Source: Gammaproteobacteria bacterium
GTDB taxonomy: Bacteria; Pseudomonadota; Gammaproteobacteria; GCA-002705445; GCA-002716945
Assembly (NCBI GenBank): GCA_038142325.1
Contig: JAYQJW010000002.1
Coordinates: 399,702 to 463,701, forward strand
Length of the DNA stretch: 64,000 nt
Reading direction: 5' to 3'
This document shows, piece by piece, positions 63,092 to 64,000 of this stretch (positions are counted from its first letter, which is position 1; each line of letters starts with the position of its first letter). The notes below the pieces were generated by a model. It saw only the letters and a list, made by a program, of their open reading frames with translations, was not told where the DNA came from and searched no databases. The position numbers were made by a program, and so were the translations under genes.

Positions 63092-64000
63092 TTAATTACA
63101 GGTTTTTGGCCCAAAAATTGGTTCTAATGGTGGATTTGAATTACAAAGGATTCTATTTTTAATACTTAGTAAATTTTTCTTCTGTATATCACTTAAATAG
63201 TTCGACTTAACACTATCGTCAATTATTCTATACGCCATAGGTAAATTACCTTTCAAATTATAGAAGTTTATTAGTGCAAGCTTCGTACCATATTTATCTC
63301 CATTTTTTTTCAGAACCTTCTGCTAATAGTTTGTATATCGTTGGGTTATTATTATTCTTTTTGACAAAGTCTTTTAGTTCCAAAACACTTTTATCTAAGT
63401 TGAAGGAGTCCTTAATATTTTGTTTCAATAACTGAAAATTAATAGCATTGTTATCAGGATAAATTTCTAATAATTTTTTTATGATGTTTCTAGATTCAAT
63501 TTTTTCGCCCATAGCCCAATGAATATCTGCCATCAAAGATGAAATGTATATATTATAATTATTTGAATCATAATTTTCTTGAATTGTTTGCCTTGCTTTA
63601 TCATAGTTACCAGCTTTGAAGTAATTTAATGCAAGTCGATGATTTATAACTGATGAATTATATGCTTTCTTATTTAAAGCTTGCGATGTTTTCTCGTTAG
63701 ACATTAAAATATTTTTTATGTATTCATAATCATTCGTACTATTAATGATAGATCCTGATTGCTGTCCCCCCTTATTTTCAATTGTACTTATTCGATTTGA
63801 ATACAAGGGGTGTGTCATGAAATATTCATTTAAATAAGATTGACTATTTGCATCACCCTGCATCAGTCTAAAAAATTTGGCCATTTCTTTAAGGGCATAA
63901 TTACTATTTTGCATTAACCGCGCAGCAAATATATCTGCTTCTATTTCGTTTTCTCTTACAAGATTAATGTTCTGCTGCACCGACAAGCCAATGCCTGACT
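63092..64000 (-). pseudogene. bepA: BepA-like M48 metalloprotease with TPR domain; 5' end lies beyond the window, one frame break near the 3' end
   Basis: Open to the window edge (…SGIGLSVQQNINLVRENEIEADIFAARLM…; the HExxH motif would lie upstream of the window). TPR-like repeats are present. The tail GDKYGTKLALINFYNLKGNLPMAY... is read in another frame after T8 (plus strand) at 63303-63310, ending at TAA 63092-63094. The track ORF is 63294-63986. Confidence 0.7.

Noticed and set aside
1-64000. I searched by eye for CRISPR arrays, IS/transposase or integrase genes, toxin-antitoxin pairs, restriction-modification or other defence modules, and long direct or inverted repeats.
   Set aside because: None was found. 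Essentially every ORF of at least 60 aa that is not an antisense shadow has either a housekeeping, C1, sulfur or efflux assignment or a generic family call. Intergenic space is minimal. I cannot exclude short dispersed repeats without a computational self-comparison.

Overview
This is a strongly AT-rich (by eye about one-third G+C), densely packed proteobacterial chromosome segment. Local gene order is typical of a gammaproteobacterium: rnpB-mraZ, lpxC-DUF721-secA-argJ-mutT facing zapD-coaE, and bamD facing rluD-pgeF. There are three blocks. (1) 1-17.4 kb holds a near-complete tetrahydromethanopterin (H4MPT)/methanofuran-linked formaldehyde oxidation module (fhcBADC, mtdB, mch, fae). It also holds about a dozen cofactor-biosynthesis genes: beta-RFAP synthase, three ATP-grasp ligases, CitG-like, HisA-like, hydantoinase-like, pabB, MfnB-like DUF556, DUF447, DHPS-like and a DmrA-like flavoprotein, followed by mobA. 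(2) 19.9-38.4 kb holds rnpB followed by the dcw cell-wall/division cluster, which has two order anomalies. ftsZ sits between ftsL and ftsI instead of after ftsA, and a 64-aa J-domain-only ORF is wedged between mraZ and rsmH. (3) 38.4-64 kb holds housekeeping genes (secA, argJ, mutT-like, zapD, coaE, nadE, bamD, rluD, pgeF, aspS, nadA, yebC-family, ruvC, queE, queC). It also holds an RND efflux pair, two monoheme cytochromes c, a YeeE/YedE sulfur-compound transporter, tRNA-Lys(UUU), soxXYZA and a BepA-like protease. I saw no IS elements, integrases, CRISPR arrays or recognisable defence or toxin systems. The dominant oddity is ORF disruption: by hand translation, at least 24 frame breaks and 3 in-frame stop codons interrupt otherwise well-conserved genes. 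Many of these genes are essential (secA, ftsI, ftsA, ftsW, murF, murB, ddl, aspS), and most of the breaks whose position I could pin down sit in short homopolymers. Consensus or sequencing error is the most economical explanation, but it cannot be settled from the sequence alone. Interrupted genes are listed at full span as type pseudogene, with fragment coordinates in the evidence.
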